A program made the translations under genes and the position numbers. From a virus: a stretch of 64,000 nt of DNA. This document shows positions 30,088 to 39,470 of the stretch, in pieces. A model generated the notes under the pieces. That model was not told the origin of the DNA. It ran no database searches and saw only the letters and a list, made by a program, of their open reading frames with translations. The DNA lies in the IMG/VR virus record IMGVR_UViG_3300032215_000643, positions 1 through 64,000 of that record; one strand, written 5' to 3'. Numbering within the stretch: position 1 is the first letter of the stretch; each line of letters begins with the position of its first letter.

Positions 30088-31128
30088 ATGTTGACAGACA
30101 CATACAGTCAGGCCCACGTTAGAGCAATCATTAACGGTTTGGGTCTAAAAATCTTTTCTGAAACGTATAATGATTTCTTATGTCTATGTCCTTTTCATGG
30201 GAATAGGCATACGCCTTCTTTTTCAATAAGTCATACAAAGGGTTTGTATCTATGCTTTAATCCTTCATGTGATGCATCGGGAACTATTTTAGATTTAGTT
30301 AAGCAGGTTTCTCACAGAAATGATTACGAGTCTTTAAGGTTTATTCAGTCTGTAAAAGAAGATTCAGATATTAACTTTGAAGATGAGTTGGCTTCGTTGT
30401 TAGAAGACAAGCCAGAGTTTATCCCATTTCCGTTGGAGAAGTTAAAAGAAATGCATCAGGATCTATTAAAAGAAAATAACTATGCTGCATATGATTATTT
30501 GCTGAAACGCGGAATCAGTGGCAACTCAATTGATTATTTTGGATTGGGATATTCGTCTAAGCAAGACATGATTATTGTTCCAGTGCATAGCCCAGATGGG
30601 ATTCCCGTTGGTTTGGTTGGAAGAGGTATTAGTGAAAAGAAGTTCAAGAACTCAAACAATTTGCCAAGGTCGAAGACGATGTTCAACCTGCATCGCGCTA
30701 AAAAATTTGGCGGGACAGTCGTCGTTTGCGAGTCAAGTTTCGATGCTATTAGAATTCATGGCGCTGGATTCCCAAACGTCATAGCCACTCTTGGTGGATA
30801 TATATCAAAAGACAACCTATCCAATTTGAATCGATACTTCTCAAAAATAATTATCATGACAGATTTTGATAATAAGGAAGAATACATTGTAAGTAATTGT
30901 AGGAAGTGCTATCCTCAAGAATGTAAGGGTCACAATCCCGGCAGGGATCTTGGTGTGACGATTGCTAGGTCTTTGTTGAATAAAGATGTTCAATGGGCTT
31001 TGCATGATAGTAAGAATGTTTACCCAGAGGGATGTAAAGATGCTGGGGACATGACAGATGATCAGATCAAGCATTGTATAAAAAACGCTATAACAAACGT
31101 AGAATACTCTTCCCTAGATCTGTACTAA
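30088..31128 (+). CDS. dnaG: DnaG-type DNA primase (CHC2 zinc finger + TOPRIM)
   Basis: CPFH...PSF....CF...C; VVCES.FD and DFD TOPRIM acidic motifs; KDAGD. Confidence 0.88.
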   Translation: MLTDTYSQAHVRAIINGLGLKIFSETYNDFLCLCPFHGNRHTPSFSISHTKGLYLCFNPSCDASGTILDLVKQVSHRNDYESLRFIQSVKEDSDINFEDELASLLEDKPEFIPFPLEKLKEMHQDLLKENNYAAYDYLLKRGISGNSIDYFGLGYSSKQDMIIVPVHSPDGIPVGLVGRGISEKKFKNSNNLPRSKTMFNLHRAKKFGGTVVVCESSFDAIRIHGAGFPNVIATLGGYISKDNLSNLNRYFSKIIIMTDFDNKEEYIVSNCRKCYPQECKGHNPGRDLGVTIARSLLNKDVQWALHDSKNVYPEGCKDAGDMTDDQIKHCIKNAITNVEYSSLDLY

Positions 31129-31129
31129 C

Positions 31130-31138
31130 TGATATAAT
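31130..31138 (+). promoter_or_regulatory. Extended -10 promoter (TGATATAAT)
   Basis: Intergenic, upstream of the SSB-like gene. Confidence 0.65.
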
Positions 31139-31187
31139 ATTAATAAGGACAAACTACAAAGTCCATTACACATTAGGAGAATACATT

Positions 31188-31841
31188 ATGGGTTTAGTTA
31201 AAGGCTTAAAGGCCATGAACAGTACACTAGATAGGCCGTCAGGCGGCGACGGACAGAAGGGCCGCTGGCTAAAGTTAGCCGACAATCAGAGCGTAAAAAT
31301 CACATTTCTTCAGGAACTAGATCCTGATTCACCAACATACGATGAAAGCCGTGGGGCTGGGTTCATTGCTATGGAACATACTAATCCAAAGGATTACCGT
31401 CGCAAGGCGCTATGTAGCATTGACGATCAGGGTCGTTGTTATGGTTGCGAGCAGCATCGTAAAGATCCAAAGGCTGGCTGGAAGAGCCGTAGCCGACTTT
31501 ACATTAATGTTCTAGTTGCAGATGGAACAGAAGATCCATATGTCGCTATCATGTCTCAGGGTTCTGGCCCTAAGTCAGCGACACCAGAAATTATTCAGTA
31601 TGCTGGTGAAACAGGTAGTATCACAAATGTTACTTGGCGTTTGAAGCGTGTTGGTCAGGGAACAGAAACAAGTTACAGCATTATCCCTCTACCAACCACA
31701 GATCAGCCAAAGGGCGATTTTGAACTGTTCGATCTTGAGAAGATTGCTGTTCGTGATGTTCCTTATTCAGATCAGGCATCCTTCTACGATGGTCCAGATG
31801 CACCTTCGTCAGAATCATCATCCACTTCGGATATTTGGTAA
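31188..31841 (+). CDS. Single-stranded DNA-binding protein (gp32-like)
   Basis: Start revised to ATG 31188 (SD TAGGAG). His/Cys zinc ligands, R.GQG.ETSY motif, acidic/Ser tail ending DIW; located between primase and polymerase. Confidence 0.65.
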   Translation: MGLVKGLKAMNSTLDRPSGGDGQKGRWLKLADNQSVKITFLQELDPDSPTYDESRGAGFIAMEHTNPKDYRRKALCSIDDQGRCYGCEQHRKDPKAGWKSRSRLYINVLVADGTEDPYVAIMSQGSGPKSATPEIIQYAGETGSITNVTWRLKRVGQGTETSYSIIPLPTTDQPKGDFELFDLEKIAVRDVPYSDQASFYDGPDAPSSESSSTSDIW

Positions 31842-31859
31842 ATATAACTATGTGCTAGA

Positions 31860-31896
31860 GTGGGGTGGGTCAATAGATCCACCCCACACATATTTT
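31860..31896 (+). terminator. GC-rich hairpin (terminator/attenuator) between SSB and dnaE
   Basis: GTGGGGTGGGTC-AATA-GATCCACCCCAC 12 bp stem followed by ACATATTTT. Confidence 0.7.
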
Positions 31897-31906
31897 AGGA
31901 GAAACC

Positions 31907-34900
31907 TTGTCAGATTTTGTACACTTGCACGTCCATTCACATTATTCTTTGATGGATGGGCTTTGCTCTGCTGAAGAATTGCTTGGTGCTGCAAAGGATC
32001 TTGGTCAAAATTCGATTGCTATTACAGATCATGGAACTCTTTCTGGGCATCGTGAAATGCAGGCAGCAGCAAAGACTGCTGGGATGAAGCCTATTCTTGG
32101 AGTAGAAGCGTACATTTCTGAGACAGACAGATTTGATAAGCGTGACATTAAGAATCGTGATGATAATACTCAAGTGTTTAATCATATTATCTTATTGGCG
32201 CGTGATCAGGAGGGGCTTAAGAATCTCCAGCATTTGTCAGAGTTGGCTTGGACAGAAGGTTTTTACAGGAAGCCTCGCATTGATTTAGAGATCTTGGGTG
32301 ATTATGGTAATGGTATTACTGTTCTTTCTGGATGTATGAATGGTCTTATATCTAAGGCTATTTCAAAAGATAATCTTGATCGTGCAGAACAATTAACTCG
32401 CTGGTTTCGGGATCGTTTTGAGAATAATTTTTACATGGAGATTCAGCCGCACAATCCTGCGTCGTTGAATCATGAATTACTTAGGCTTGCAGATAAGTAT
32501 GGTGTTGCCCCGATTGTTACATCGGATTGTCATTTTGCTACTCCAGATCAAAGGGGCACAGAAGAGGCTTTGCTTATTCTGTCAACTAAGCCTTCTTATA
32601 ATAAAGAAGCAGATTTTAGTCAGTCTCGTAAGATGGATTTGTTTGAGAGGTTTAATTATCTTTATCCAGATCGTCCGATTAGTTTTCAAGACATTGATGT
32701 TTATGTTCAAGACAAGATGGGTATTTCAGATACGTTAAAGGCTCAGGGTATTGATCGTAATGATATTTATGAGAACACTCTTGCAGTAGCGGATTCTGTT
32801 GGAGATTATGATTATATTGTTGGGAAGAATCTTCTTCCTGTTCCTAAGCGTAATGCTCACGACAAGTTGCGTGAAAAATGTCTTGAGGGTTTGATTAATC
32901 GAGGCATCATTGATGATAGTGTTTACAATGATAGGCTTGACATGGAACTATCAGTAATTAAGAAAAAGGATTTTTCTGCTTATTTCTTAGTTGTTGAAGA
33001 TATGATTACATGGTCAAAGTCTCAGGGAATTCTTGTGGGGCCGGGACGTGGCTCAGCAGCGGGTTCCTTAGTTTGTTACCTTCTTGGTATTACAGAAGTA
33101 GATCCAATTAAATATGGATTGTTGTTTGGTCGATTTATTAATGAAGAGCGAAACGATTTTCCTGATATTGATACAGACTTTGAAGATGTTAAGCGTAGTG
33201 ATATTAAAGAGTATCTTCGTAAGAAGTTTAAGCATGTGGCGTCTATTTCAACTTATCAGTATTTTAAGGATAAGGGTGTCATTCGTGATGCTTCCCGCGT
33301 TTTTATGACTCCATTGATTGAAGTTGATCGCGCTATGAAGACCGTAGATACCTTTGAGGATTTTGAAAAATCTCCAAACACACAAGAGTTCAGGCAGAAA
33401 TATCCAGAGGTTCTGGACCTTGCTAGGAAACTTCGTGGACGCATTCGTGGTACAGGTGTTCACGCATCAGGCGTCATTGTTTCTAATGTTCCTATTGATA
33501 GGTATGCTCCTGTAGAGACTCGTAAAGATCCCGGCGATTCTGTTTCTGGTAGGATTCCAGTTATTGCATATGACATGGACCAAGCAGCGGATATTGGATT
33601 TATTAAACTAGATGTTTTGGGTCTTAAAACCCTATCAGTCATTTCTGATACAGTTAAGATGATTGAACAAAGGTACGGAAAAGTAATTGATCCAGTTAAC
33701 ATTCCGTTAGATGATAACAATGTTTATCACATGCTGTCTATTGGTTTTACCAAAGGTGTTTTTCAGGCAGAGGCAACTCCTTACACTAATCTTCTTATGA
33801 AGATGGGTGTAGATAATTTTGAAGATCTAGTTGCTTCTAATGCTCTTGTAAGGCCCGGTGCTATGAATACTGTTGGTGCAACTTATGTTGCTCGTAAGCA
33901 GGGCAGGGAGCAAGTCAAGTATGTTCATGAAATCATGGAACCATTTCTTAAACAAACTTATGGTGTTGTAATTTATCAGGAACAGGTTATGCAAGCATGT
34001 GTGCATCTTGCTGGCATGTCTTGGGCAGATGCAGATAAGATTCGTAAGATTATTGGAAAGAAGAAGGATGTACATGAGTTTGATATATTCAAGGAACAGT
34101 TCGTTATGGGGTCAGCGGAACACATTGATAAGGAAGCCGCTGAGCAACTATGGCACGACTTTGAGGCGCACGCCGGATATTCGTTTAATCGTTCTCATGC
34201 CGTGGCATATTCCATGCTCTCATATAGAACCGCATGGCTTAAATACCACTACCCACTTGAATTCATGTTCGCTCTGTTAAAGAATGAAAAAGACAATGAT
34301 GCTAGAACGGATTACTTGCTTGAGGCTAAGCGTCTGGGTTTGAAGATTATGCTTCCGCATGTAAACAAGTCTGAGATTGACTTTTCTATTCAAGAGGATG
34401 GAATCAGGTTTGGACTAGCCAATATTAAGTTTATTTCAGATAATATTGGTAATAAGATTATTGATGCTAGGCCGTTTAAAACGTATAGCGAGTTGCTTGA
34501 GTTTGCTCAGAAGCGTGGCAGTGGAATTAATTCTCGCGCTATTGGGGCGCTGAATGCTATCGGTGGAGCGCATTTTGATGATAACCCTAAGACTGGTAAT
34601 GAGTCAGATAATCTTTACGAGTATCTTAATATCCCAAAGTTTGATCTTAGTAAAATTACTCCAGAGATAAAGACTCAGATAACTCCGTTGGATGATTTTG
34701 AGGAACAGGGATGTTTCATTGTTATGGGTATGGTCAAATCAATTAAGCGTGGGACAGGTTGGTCGCGTGTAGAGTTGGTGGATGATACTGGTTCTATTGG
34801 TATTTTCCATAATGAGAATACTCAGATAGAAACTAATACTATGTATATGTTCCTTGTGGGCGACAATAGAATTCATCGATATGTTACTATTGATGATGTT

Positions 34901-35182
34901 GTAGAGAAAACGGACGATGTGTTTGTTCGTTATCTTAAAGCAGAAAAGATTCCTGCAAAGGATGGGGAGTATGCGGTAATTGATTTTACTCCTTATAGAA
35001 CAAAAGCAAACAAGATGATGGGTCACGTTATTCTTTCTAGCGGAGATAAGCAGTTACGCAGAGTAATCGTGTTCCCTAAAAACTATTCGTTAGCCCTTGG
35101 TAAGATGAAGCCGGGGGTAATCTGTGATCCAATTATTAATCGTATGGATGACGGAACCGTATTTGTAAAGGATATTAAATAA
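31907..35182 (+). CDS. dnaE: DNA polymerase III alpha subunit (TTG start)
   Basis: HLHVHS.YS.MDG PHP domain, GPGRGSAAGSLV, PDIDTDF, KLDVLGL, YSFNRSHA; SD TAGGAG; no intein evident. Confidence 0.96.
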   Translation: MSDFVHLHVHSHYSLMDGLCSAEELLGAAKDLGQNSIAITDHGTLSGHREMQAAAKTAGMKPILGVEAYISETDRFDKRDIKNRDDNTQVFNHIILLARDQEGLKNLQHLSELAWTEGFYRKPRIDLEILGDYGNGITVLSGCMNGLISKAISKDNLDRAEQLTRWFRDRFENNFYMEIQPHNPASLNHELLRLADKYGVAPIVTSDCHFATPDQRGTEEALLILSTKPSYNKEADFSQSRKMDLFERFNYLYPDRPISFQDIDVYVQDKMGISDTLKAQGIDRNDIYENTLAVADSVGDYDYIVGKNLLPVPKRNAHDKLREKCLEGLINRGIIDDSVYNDRLDMELSVIKKKDFSAYFLVVEDMITWSKSQGILVGPGRGSAAGSLVCYLLGITEVDPIKYGLLFGRFINEERNDFPDIDTDFEDVKRSDIKEYLRKKFKHVASISTYQYFKDKGVIRDASRVFMTPLIEVDRAMKTVDTFEDFEKSPNTQEFRQKYPEVLDLARKLRGRIRGTGVHASGVIVSNVPIDRYAPVETRKDPGDSVSGRIPVIAYDMDQAADIGFIKLDVLGLKTLSVISDTVKMIEQRYGKVIDPVNIPLDDNNVYHMLSIGFTKGVFQAEATPYTNLLMKMGVDNFEDLVASNALVRPGAMNTVGATYVARKQGREQVKYVHEIMEPFLKQTYGVVIYQEQVMQACVHLAGMSWADADKIRKIIGKKKDVHEFDIFKEQFVMGSAEHIDKEAAEQLWHDFEAHAGYSFNRSHAVAYSMLSYRTAWLKYHYPLEFMFALLKNEKDNDARTDYLLEAKRLGLKIMLPHVNKSEIDFSIQEDGIRFGLANIKFISDNIGNKIIDARPFKTYSELLEFAQKRGSGINSRAIGALNAIGGAHFDDNPKTGNESDNLYEYLNIPKFDLSKITPEIKTQITPLDDFEEQGCFIVMGMVKSIKRGTGWSRVELVDDTGSIGIFHNENTQIETNTMYMFLVGDNRIHRYVTIDDVVEKTDDVFVRYLKAEKIPAKDGEYAVIDFTPYRTKANKMMGHVILSSGDKQLRRVIVFPKNYSLALGKMKPGVICDPIINRMDDGTVFVKDIK

Positions 35183-35385
35183 TGACTGAAACAGTAAGTG
35201 AAGAAGATTATGTACCTGTATCTGCTGAATTAATCCTAGCAGCAGTTCTTAAAACATTGGGTCTAGTTTCTATTCCCACCGAAGCGTTGATGCAAAGTTA
35301 CGATCAATATCAGATTAAGATAGATCAAGAAGTTGAAGATTTTATTACTCTACAGTTGGTTGAGGTTTCAAATGATGAATCTTGA
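35182..35385 (+). CDS. Hypothetical protein
   Basis: TAATG-coupled acidic ORF. Confidence 0.6.
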   Translation: MTETVSEEDYVPVSAELILAAVLKTLGLVSIPTEALMQSYDQYQIKIDQEVEDFITLQLVEVSNDES

Positions 35386-35701
35386 TGATTTTTCCCTAGA
35401 ACTTAATGACCTTGCTACACAAAAAGGTTTCTGGACACATGAGCCTGATATTAATTTTATGCTTGCTAAGTTAGCACTTGTTCATTCAGAGGTAAGTGAA
35501 ACTCTTGAGGCTCTAAGAAAGCAGAAGGGGCAAGATTCGGTAGAAGAAGAGTTAGCCGACATTCTAATTAGGTTGCTTGATTTTGTGGGTGGCGCTAAAA
35601 AGTCTGGATGGATTAGCCCTACGACCTCCTTTGAGCAAGTTGTTCTTGATAAAATTGAGATTAATAGAAGTCGTCCTAAAAAGCATGGGAATCTAATCTA
35701 G
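35372..35701 (+). CDS. MazG-like NTP pyrophosphohydrolase
   Basis: LALVHSEVSE.LEA.RK...EELADILIR.LD; start revised to ATG 35372. Confidence 0.85.
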   Translation: MMNLDDFSLELNDLATQKGFWTHEPDINFMLAKLALVHSEVSETLEALRKQKGQDSVEEELADILIRLLDFVGGAKKSGWISPTTSFEQVVLDKIEINRSRPKKHGNLI

Positions 35702-35730
35702 TAATACGCATTACTGTATAATAGAATCAA

Positions 35731-36015
35731 ATGACAGATTCCTACATTCTAGAAGGAACTGAAAGTGAATACCTTCTTGTTGTTAAAACTGAAGATGTAA
35801 ATACCATATTATCGATTATAGATCGCTTAAATACAAGTCGCCTTAAATGGATGAAAGACTTAGCCGCAGAATTAGAGAAGAGTTTACATGACGATGGTTG
35901 CAGAAGAAATTCTAGCAAGACTGGACCCAAAGACAAGACAAAGAGTACAACTAGCAACAAAGGTAGACGCACAAAAACAGCAAACCCCAAGTATCGGTCT
36001 AAACCTCGCACTTAA
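35731..36015 (+). CDS. Hypothetical protein overlapping the recA start
   Basis: ATG just after TATAAT (35717-35722); last 128 nt overlap recA in another frame. Confidence 0.55.
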   Translation: MTDSYILEGTESEYLLVVKTEDVNTILSIIDRLNTSRLKWMKDLAAELEKSLHDDGCRRNSSKTGPKDKTKSTTSNKGRRTKTANPKYRSKPRT

Positions 36016-36892
36016 AGGTGGGCTTGGATATGGTCGTCAAGTTTTAATTTGGGGAAACAAGTCTGCTGGAAAGTCCTCCTTTTGTTTACAGATGATTGCG
36101 AAGGCTCAGGAGCAAGGTAAGACGTGTGCGTGGATTGATGCAGAGAATTCTTATTCTGCTGAGTGGGCTGCCAAACTTGGCGTTGACTCAGAGAAATTGA
36201 TTTATTCATCTGCTAAAACTATTAATGACATGGTTGATGTTGGTGTTCAATTAATGCAGGCAGGTATTGATATAATAGTAGTAGACTCTATCTCTGCCTT
36301 ACTTCCTGCCATTTATTTTGAGAAAGATGGAGAAGAGTTGAAGAATCTTCAGGACACTAAGCAAATTGGTGCTGAAGCAAAGGATATGACTCATGCAGTT
36401 AAGATGCTCAATTACGCGAATAAGGATACGTTACTCGTTCTTATTTCTCAACAGAGAAACCAATTTGGGTCTATGCACGCATCACATATCCCAACCGGAG
36501 GTATGGCGGTTAAATTCTTTTCCAGTACTGTCGTTAAACTCTGGTCATCCGAAGCCGAAGCGAATGCTATCAAGAATGGAATTCTTGTTGGTGACAAAAT
36601 TATTGAGCAGAAGGTCGGACGACCCGTTAACTGGATTGTTGACTACAACAAACTTGGACCTCCCAATCTCAGTGGACAGTATGACTTTTACTACCAAGGA
36701 AACGCAATCGGCGTTGATGGAGTTGGTGAAACGCTGGACGTTGCGGAAATGATGGGTATTGTTCAGCGCGGTGGTGCTTGGTATACAGTTGGAGAAGAGC
36801 GTTTGCAGGGTCGTGCAAAGGCTGTTGATTATCTCAGAAACAACCTAGACGTAGTTAAAAAATTACAGGAGGAAATATATGCCAGATCTTAA
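35888..36892 (+). CDS. recA: RecA/UvsX-family recombinase
   Basis: GNKSAGKS Walker A, WIDAE, IVVDSISAL, TGG.AVKF, GAWY...QG motifs. Confidence 0.93.
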   Translation: MTMVAEEILARLDPKTRQRVQLATKVDAQKQQTPSIGLNLALKGGLGYGRQVLIWGNKSAGKSSFCLQMIAKAQEQGKTCAWIDAENSYSAEWAAKLGVDSEKLIYSSAKTINDMVDVGVQLMQAGIDIIVVDSISALLPAIYFEKDGEELKNLQDTKQIGAEAKDMTHAVKMLNYANKDTLLVLISQQRNQFGSMHASHIPTGGMAVKFFSSTVVKLWSSEAEANAIKNGILVGDKIIEQKVGRPVNWIVDYNKLGPPNLSGQYDFYYQGNAIGVDGVGETLDVAEMMGIVQRGGAWYTVGEERLQGRAKAVDYLRNNLDVVKKLQEEIYARS

Positions 36893-37064
36893 GAGTTTCC
36901 TTGGTAAAGAGCCTGTAAATAATTATGAGGGTTGGGAAGAAGTCATGGGTGAGTATGGTTGTTCTTCCTGTGATGAATCTAGTAATGTTGCTTATTTTAA
37001 TGAAGTTGTTGGCAAGATGATTTGGATTTGTCCAAATAGGCATGAAACAATTTTTAAACTATGA
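36879..37064 (+). CDS. Small zinc-binding protein
   Basis: CSSC...CPNRH. Confidence 0.6.
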   Translation: MPDLKSFLGKEPVNNYEGWEEVMGEYGCSSCDESSNVAYFNEVVGKMIWICPNRHETIFKL

Positions 37065-37375
37065 GTGAAAGATCAGAAATTAAACGTGATGGTGCCAAAG
37101 CACAAAAAAATTCTGGGCGTGGACAGTATCAAAAAGGTGACGCTCGTTGGAGAAACTTTGTGGTAGATTACAAAGAATACTCTAAGTCCTTCTCTTTGAA
37201 TAAGTCTTCATGGGCTAAGATCTGTACAGATACCTTTAAGGTTAGTAGAGATTCGTTCCCTGTGTTGAAGGTGATTTTGGGTGATGGAAACGAAAAGACA
37301 AGGCTGGCAGTGATTGAGTGGGCTTTGCTAGAAGATTTATTGGATTGTTGGGAGTTTAATAATGACAGTGATTGA
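37061..37375 (+). CDS. PD-(D/E)xK Holliday-junction-resolvase-like nuclease
   Basis: SE..E....NSGRG...KGD......DYK pattern. Confidence 0.65.
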   Translation: MSERSEIKRDGAKAQKNSGRGQYQKGDARWRNFVVDYKEYSKSFSLNKSSWAKICTDTFKVSRDSFPVLKVILGDGNEKTRLAVIEWALLEDLLDCWEFNNDSD

Positions 37376-37679
37376 TCAGGTAAGTGAACTTACTGAGTTT
37401 AATGAATTGAAAGAGTTTATGAATGATCCTGACCTTGATGAGGCTTTGGATCTGATTATTAAATTAATTTCTAAGCCTGATGTTCCTTCTATGAAGGCAT
37501 TAGAATTAATTGTTAAACTTCAGGCTCTGAGTGCTAAGTTTGCGATGCTTGCTAGGTATTATACGTCGTTTGAAAAAGGTACTGATGCTTCTAAGAAGAA
37601 AAATGTTTATTATTCAATTGCAGATGCAATTGACAAGTTAGCGGCGGCAGTTAAATATTCTGTCAGAACTGGATACTGA
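37362..37679 (+). CDS. Hypothetical helical protein
   Basis: Coupled ORF in recombination cluster. Confidence 0.6.
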   Translation: MTVIDQVSELTEFNELKEFMNDPDLDEALDLIIKLISKPDVPSMKALELIVKLQALSAKFAMLARYYTSFEKGTDASKKKNVYYSIADAIDKLAAAVKYSVRTGY

Positions 37680-37689
37680 TAGGATTATT

Positions 37690-38472
37690 ATGAGTAAAAG
37701 TATTATAGGTAGTTTAAAGTTTAAAAAAGTAGCAGACGGCGCGTTTGATCATGTGGAGTTTGCGAAAGAAATAGAAGAGGCTTATCTTTCTAGTCGTAAA
37801 ACGGAATCTTTTACTCAGAAAAAAACTTTTAGTCCTAGTACAATGGGTTATGGTCATGGGAATTGCCCCCGTTATTGGTATATTGCTTTTTCTGGTGCAG
37901 ATTTTAGTGATACTTTTACTGCGCAGGGTTTGGCAAATATGCAAAATGGTACTGCAGCGCATGATAGGCTTGGAAAAGTTTTAGAAAAAACTGGGAGATT
38001 GAAGAATGCTGAAATTGAAATTACTTGCGAAGATCCACCCATTCGCGGGTTTATCGATGCTGTTCTTGAATGGGACGGTCAAGAAGTAATTGCAGAAATT
38101 AAGACTGCTAAAGAAGAAGTATATGCTATTCGTCAATCTAGTATGAAGCCTTCTGGCAATCATCTTCTTCAATTGCTTATCTATATGAAGTTGAGAGAAA
38201 CTAATTCTGGAGTATTTATTTATGAGAATAAGAATACACAAGAGTTGTGTCTAATCCCTATCAATATGAATGCAAAGAATATTAAAATTTCTGAAGAATT
38301 GTTTGAGTGGATGCGTGAAGTTTATTCTGCTTACAAGCAAGGTGATCTGCCTAAAAGAAGTTTCACTAAGTCAACTCAGTCCTGTAAGGGGTGTCCAGTT
38401 AAATTAGAATGCTGGAATAATTTAGATGCTGGTGAAAAAGATGTTGCAGCATATGTGGTGCCTAAATTATGA
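37690..38472 (+). CDS. Cas4-like PD-(D/E)xK exonuclease
   Basis: CPR.W, G...H, G.ID, EIKT, QLLIYM and C-terminal CKGCP...C (Fe-S ligands). Confidence 0.85.
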   Translation: MSKSIIGSLKFKKVADGAFDHVEFAKEIEEAYLSSRKTESFTQKKTFSPSTMGYGHGNCPRYWYIAFSGADFSDTFTAQGLANMQNGTAAHDRLGKVLEKTGRLKNAEIEITCEDPPIRGFIDAVLEWDGQEVIAEIKTAKEEVYAIRQSSMKPSGNHLLQLLIYMKLRETNSGVFIYENKNTQELCLIPINMNAKNIKISEELFEWMREVYSAYKQGDLPKRSFTKSTQSCKGCPVKLECWNNLDAGEKDVAAYVVPKL

Positions 38473-38765
38473 AATCTCAGAAATGTGCCTATGCTGAATG
38501 TGGGAAAGAATTTGTAAAGTCTACTCACAATCAAAAGTATTGTTCAGATGATTGTTGTAGGACTGCAACTAACTTAAAGATTCGTGAAAAGTATTATGAG
38601 AATAAAGAGCGTTTAAATGGTAAAAAAAGAATATGTTCTAAGTCCCGTTGTAAGAATGTTTTGAGTAGATATAATGTTTTAGATATATGTCAAGAGTGTC
38701 AGGGTAAAGTTGAAATAGATCAAAGAAGTAAATTAATTGGAATGTTGAAAAGTGTCTCTGGCTAA
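38469..38765 (+). CDS. Cys-rich zinc-finger protein
   Basis: C...CGKEF.....QKYCS..C and a second CxxxxC/CxxC set. Confidence 0.7.
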   Translation: MKSQKCAYAECGKEFVKSTHNQKYCSDDCCRTATNLKIREKYYENKERLNGKKRICSKSRCKNVLSRYNVLDICQECQGKVEIDQRSKLIGMLKSVSG

Positions 38766-39318
38766 ACTTCATAAGTCAAAGGCTCATAGAATTCTGGGTA
38801 TAGATGCTAGTACGTTGAGCATCGCTTTTTGTATTTTAGAAGATAGTAAGCCTGTTTCTTATGGTGAAATAACTTTTGAAGGTTCTGACGTTTATGAAAG
38901 AATGTTGGATGCTAAAAGAAAAATTCGGGCGTTGAAAAATCTTGGTATGTTTGATGTAGATTTTGTGGCAATTGAGGCTGGCGTTGTTGTGAAGTCTATT
39001 CATATTGGTATTAAGATGGCCTATATCTTTGGTGTGATTATGGCAGAGTTGCTTGAGAATAATATTGAGGTTGTTGAGTGTCATCCTATAACGTGGCAGT
39101 CTTTTATTGGTAATAAGAATTATACTAAAGTTCAGAAGCAGGCAGTAAAAGATGAATTTCCCGGTAAATCTGAGACATGGTATAAAAATAAAATCAGACA
39201 GAACAGGAAAGCATTTACTTTACAGTTTATGCATGATAAGGGTATAATTACTACTAGCGATAATGTTGCTGACGCAGCGGGTCTGGCTTGGTACGCCTCC
39301 CATAATCTTACGAGGTAA
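38752..39318 (+). CDS. ruvC: RuvC-like Holliday junction resolvase
   Basis: ILGIDAS, VAIE, P.TW, DNVADA catalytic pattern. Confidence 0.85.
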   Translation: MSLAKLHKSKAHRILGIDASTLSIAFCILEDSKPVSYGEITFEGSDVYERMLDAKRKIRALKNLGMFDVDFVAIEAGVVVKSIHIGIKMAYIFGVIMAELLENNIEVVECHPITWQSFIGNKNYTKVQKQAVKDEFPGKSETWYKNKIRQNRKAFTLQFMHDKGIITTSDNVADAAGLAWYASHNLTR

Positions 39319-39319
39319 T

Positions 39320-39469
39320 ATGGTTAAACTTTATGAGTCAAAGCAATGGCTTTATAAAAGGTATGTAGTTGAAAAGAAAAATATTGTGCAGATGGCGCAA
39401 GAAGCAAACTGTAGTCATATGACTATTCAGCGTGCCTTAGAAAAAACGGGCCTTAGTAGAAAAAAATAA
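39320..39469 (+). CDS. Small HTH protein
   Basis: Start revised to ATG 39320 (SD GAGG); WL...Y...K....MA.E..CS..TI.RAL. Confidence 0.65.
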   Translation: MVKLYESKQWLYKRYVVEKKNIVQMAQEANCSHMTIQRALEKTGLSRKK

Positions 39470-39470
39470 T

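Noticed and set aside
37690-38472. Cas4-like gene as evidence of a CRISPR-Cas system
   Set aside because: No repeat-spacer array or other cas genes; solo Cas4-like nucleases are common in phage recombination modules.
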